Under the pieces are notes generated by a model. The model was not told the DNA's origin, made no database searches, and saw nothing but the letters and a program-made list of their open reading frames with translations. The translations under genes were made by a program, and so were the position numbers. Shown here in pieces: positions 62,824 to 64,000 of a stretch of DNA of 64,000 nucleotides; the first letter of the stretch is position 1; every line of letters begins with the position of its first letter. The stretch spans positions 22,816,001 to 22,880,000 of the forward strand of contig NC_088810.1 of the NCBI RefSeq assembly GCF_011386835.1, given 5' to 3'. This stretch comes from Chrysemys picta bellii. Its lineage: Eukaryota.

Positions 62824-63825
62824 TATTAGTGCATATGTAACCTGTGTGCCTAACAGGGAGATATCTCTTTAAGAGTCTCATGGGCAGGGGGTAGGAATGA
62901 GTTGTGTCTGGGTCATTGTTTCTAGGGCATATTTAGCCCTCCAATTCCAGAAGCTTCTGGATTTTGGGTGTGGTCCAATAGATTCCCTGTTGCTGGGGGT
63001 GAGCAGTCATGAGGGTGCGCAGTCAGGGTAGCTGCATAACAAAGGCCCCTGTGCCTTGTGTGAGTCGGGAGAAGTTGAGCCCGGGAGCAGGAAGCCGGCT
63101 GGTGTCCCGAACTCTGAAGCGTTTTGCAGCAGGTTAGTGGTATTGTTACCCTCTGACAGGGAAGCGTGGGCAATGCTAATTATAGCAAGGGGAAATGGGG
63201 AGGGAAAAATAATTTTTTCCATGTTAACTGTATACTTTGAATGTTGTTTTGATTTTAACCAAACTGCTTTGGTTAAATTGTTTCAACTGGTGTTTTGGAA
63301 GGGAGAATGGAGGAGAAAGGAAAACCAGAAGGCCGATAATATGATGCAGTATGATTTTTAATAGGACTGAGCAGCAGAGTTTACACGGACAGAATGAATT
63401 AATGCAGAGTAACAGAGAATGCATTTGCAGGGTTACAATCAGAGCTCCAACCAGTCATCAGCTCCAAAGTGGTGCATTTCACACAACGTGTTCTGCTCTC
63501 TTCCTTGCACCTGCAGAGCTTGAAAATCATGTCACATTTTCCACCAGTTTTAGTCTCTTGTTGTAGACGGCTTGGCATCAAAAAGGACAAAGCACAATAG
63601 CAGGATAAGATTAAATTTCAAAACCAGACAGACCATAGAGCTCAGGTAATATGTAACAAAAGGAAAGCATAAATAAGCCTGATTTATACAAATGACGAAC
63701 ACCTACAACGCCCCCTGATTTTGAGTGGAGATACAGATGCTCATTTTCCATTGCCTATGTGGAGAATCTCTGCCTTGTCTTTCATTTCATGCTTCTTTCT
63801 TGTACCGTAGATCTTTCGTCTGGGT

Positions 63826-64000
63826 TTACCATGGACAACATTCCCAGCGGTTAGCATAGCAGTTCCTACCATATCTCCCCCCATACCCGTATGAGCCCCT
63901 GTATCCACCCCCGATTCCACCCCCGAATCCACCCCCAAATCCACCCCCCAATCCACCGTGTGCTCCAACCCCAAATCCACCACCATATCCACTCCAACTA
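63826..64000 (-). CDS. Corneous beta-protein g10, C-terminal part only (g6-type; continues beyond the window)
   Basis: Reverse strand reads ...GVGAHGGLGGGFGGGFGGGIGGGYRGSYGYGGRYGRNCYANRWECCPW*; stop at 63826-63828. Confidence 0.9.
   Translation of the reverse strand, partial: SWSGYGGGFGVGAHGGLGGGFGGGFGGGIGGGYRGSYGYGGRYGRNCYANRWECCPW

Overview
Eukaryotic DNA, most likely from a turtle (Cry/polIII-type tRNA-derived SINE, turtle-type CR1 LINEs, hAT and Harbinger MITEs). The window is part of a corneous beta-protein (CBP, beta-keratin) gene array; such arrays typically lie in the epidermal differentiation complex. It holds nine complete CBP ORFs and the 3' end of a tenth, in two subfamilies: g1-g4 (MS[Y/C]CPPQDC..., 165-167 aa) and g5-g10 (MSPVKDLCCQ..., 147-152 aa). 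Eight genes show the full structure of ATTGG + TATA, a short non-coding exon 1, one intron, a single coding exon with the ATG 20 nt after the acceptor, and an ATTAAA poly(A) signal. g4 lacks the 5' and 3' ends of this structure, and only the 3' end of g10 is in the window. Orientation is + - + + + - + - + -, so the array is largely a chain of tail-to-tail and head-to-head inverted repeats. It shows patchwork sequence sharing consistent with gene conversion and a near-identical 12,739-bp tandem duplication (about 36.6-62.2 kb) whose gene pattern fits unequal crossover. g4 has an intact ORF but has lost the ancestral promoter, exon 1 and poly(A) region, and carries TATA-, donor- and AATAAA-like motifs not seen in its paralogues. 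I found no prokaryote-type system, CRISPR array or true RNA gene. Repeat boundaries without a TSD are approximate, and identities were judged by eye.
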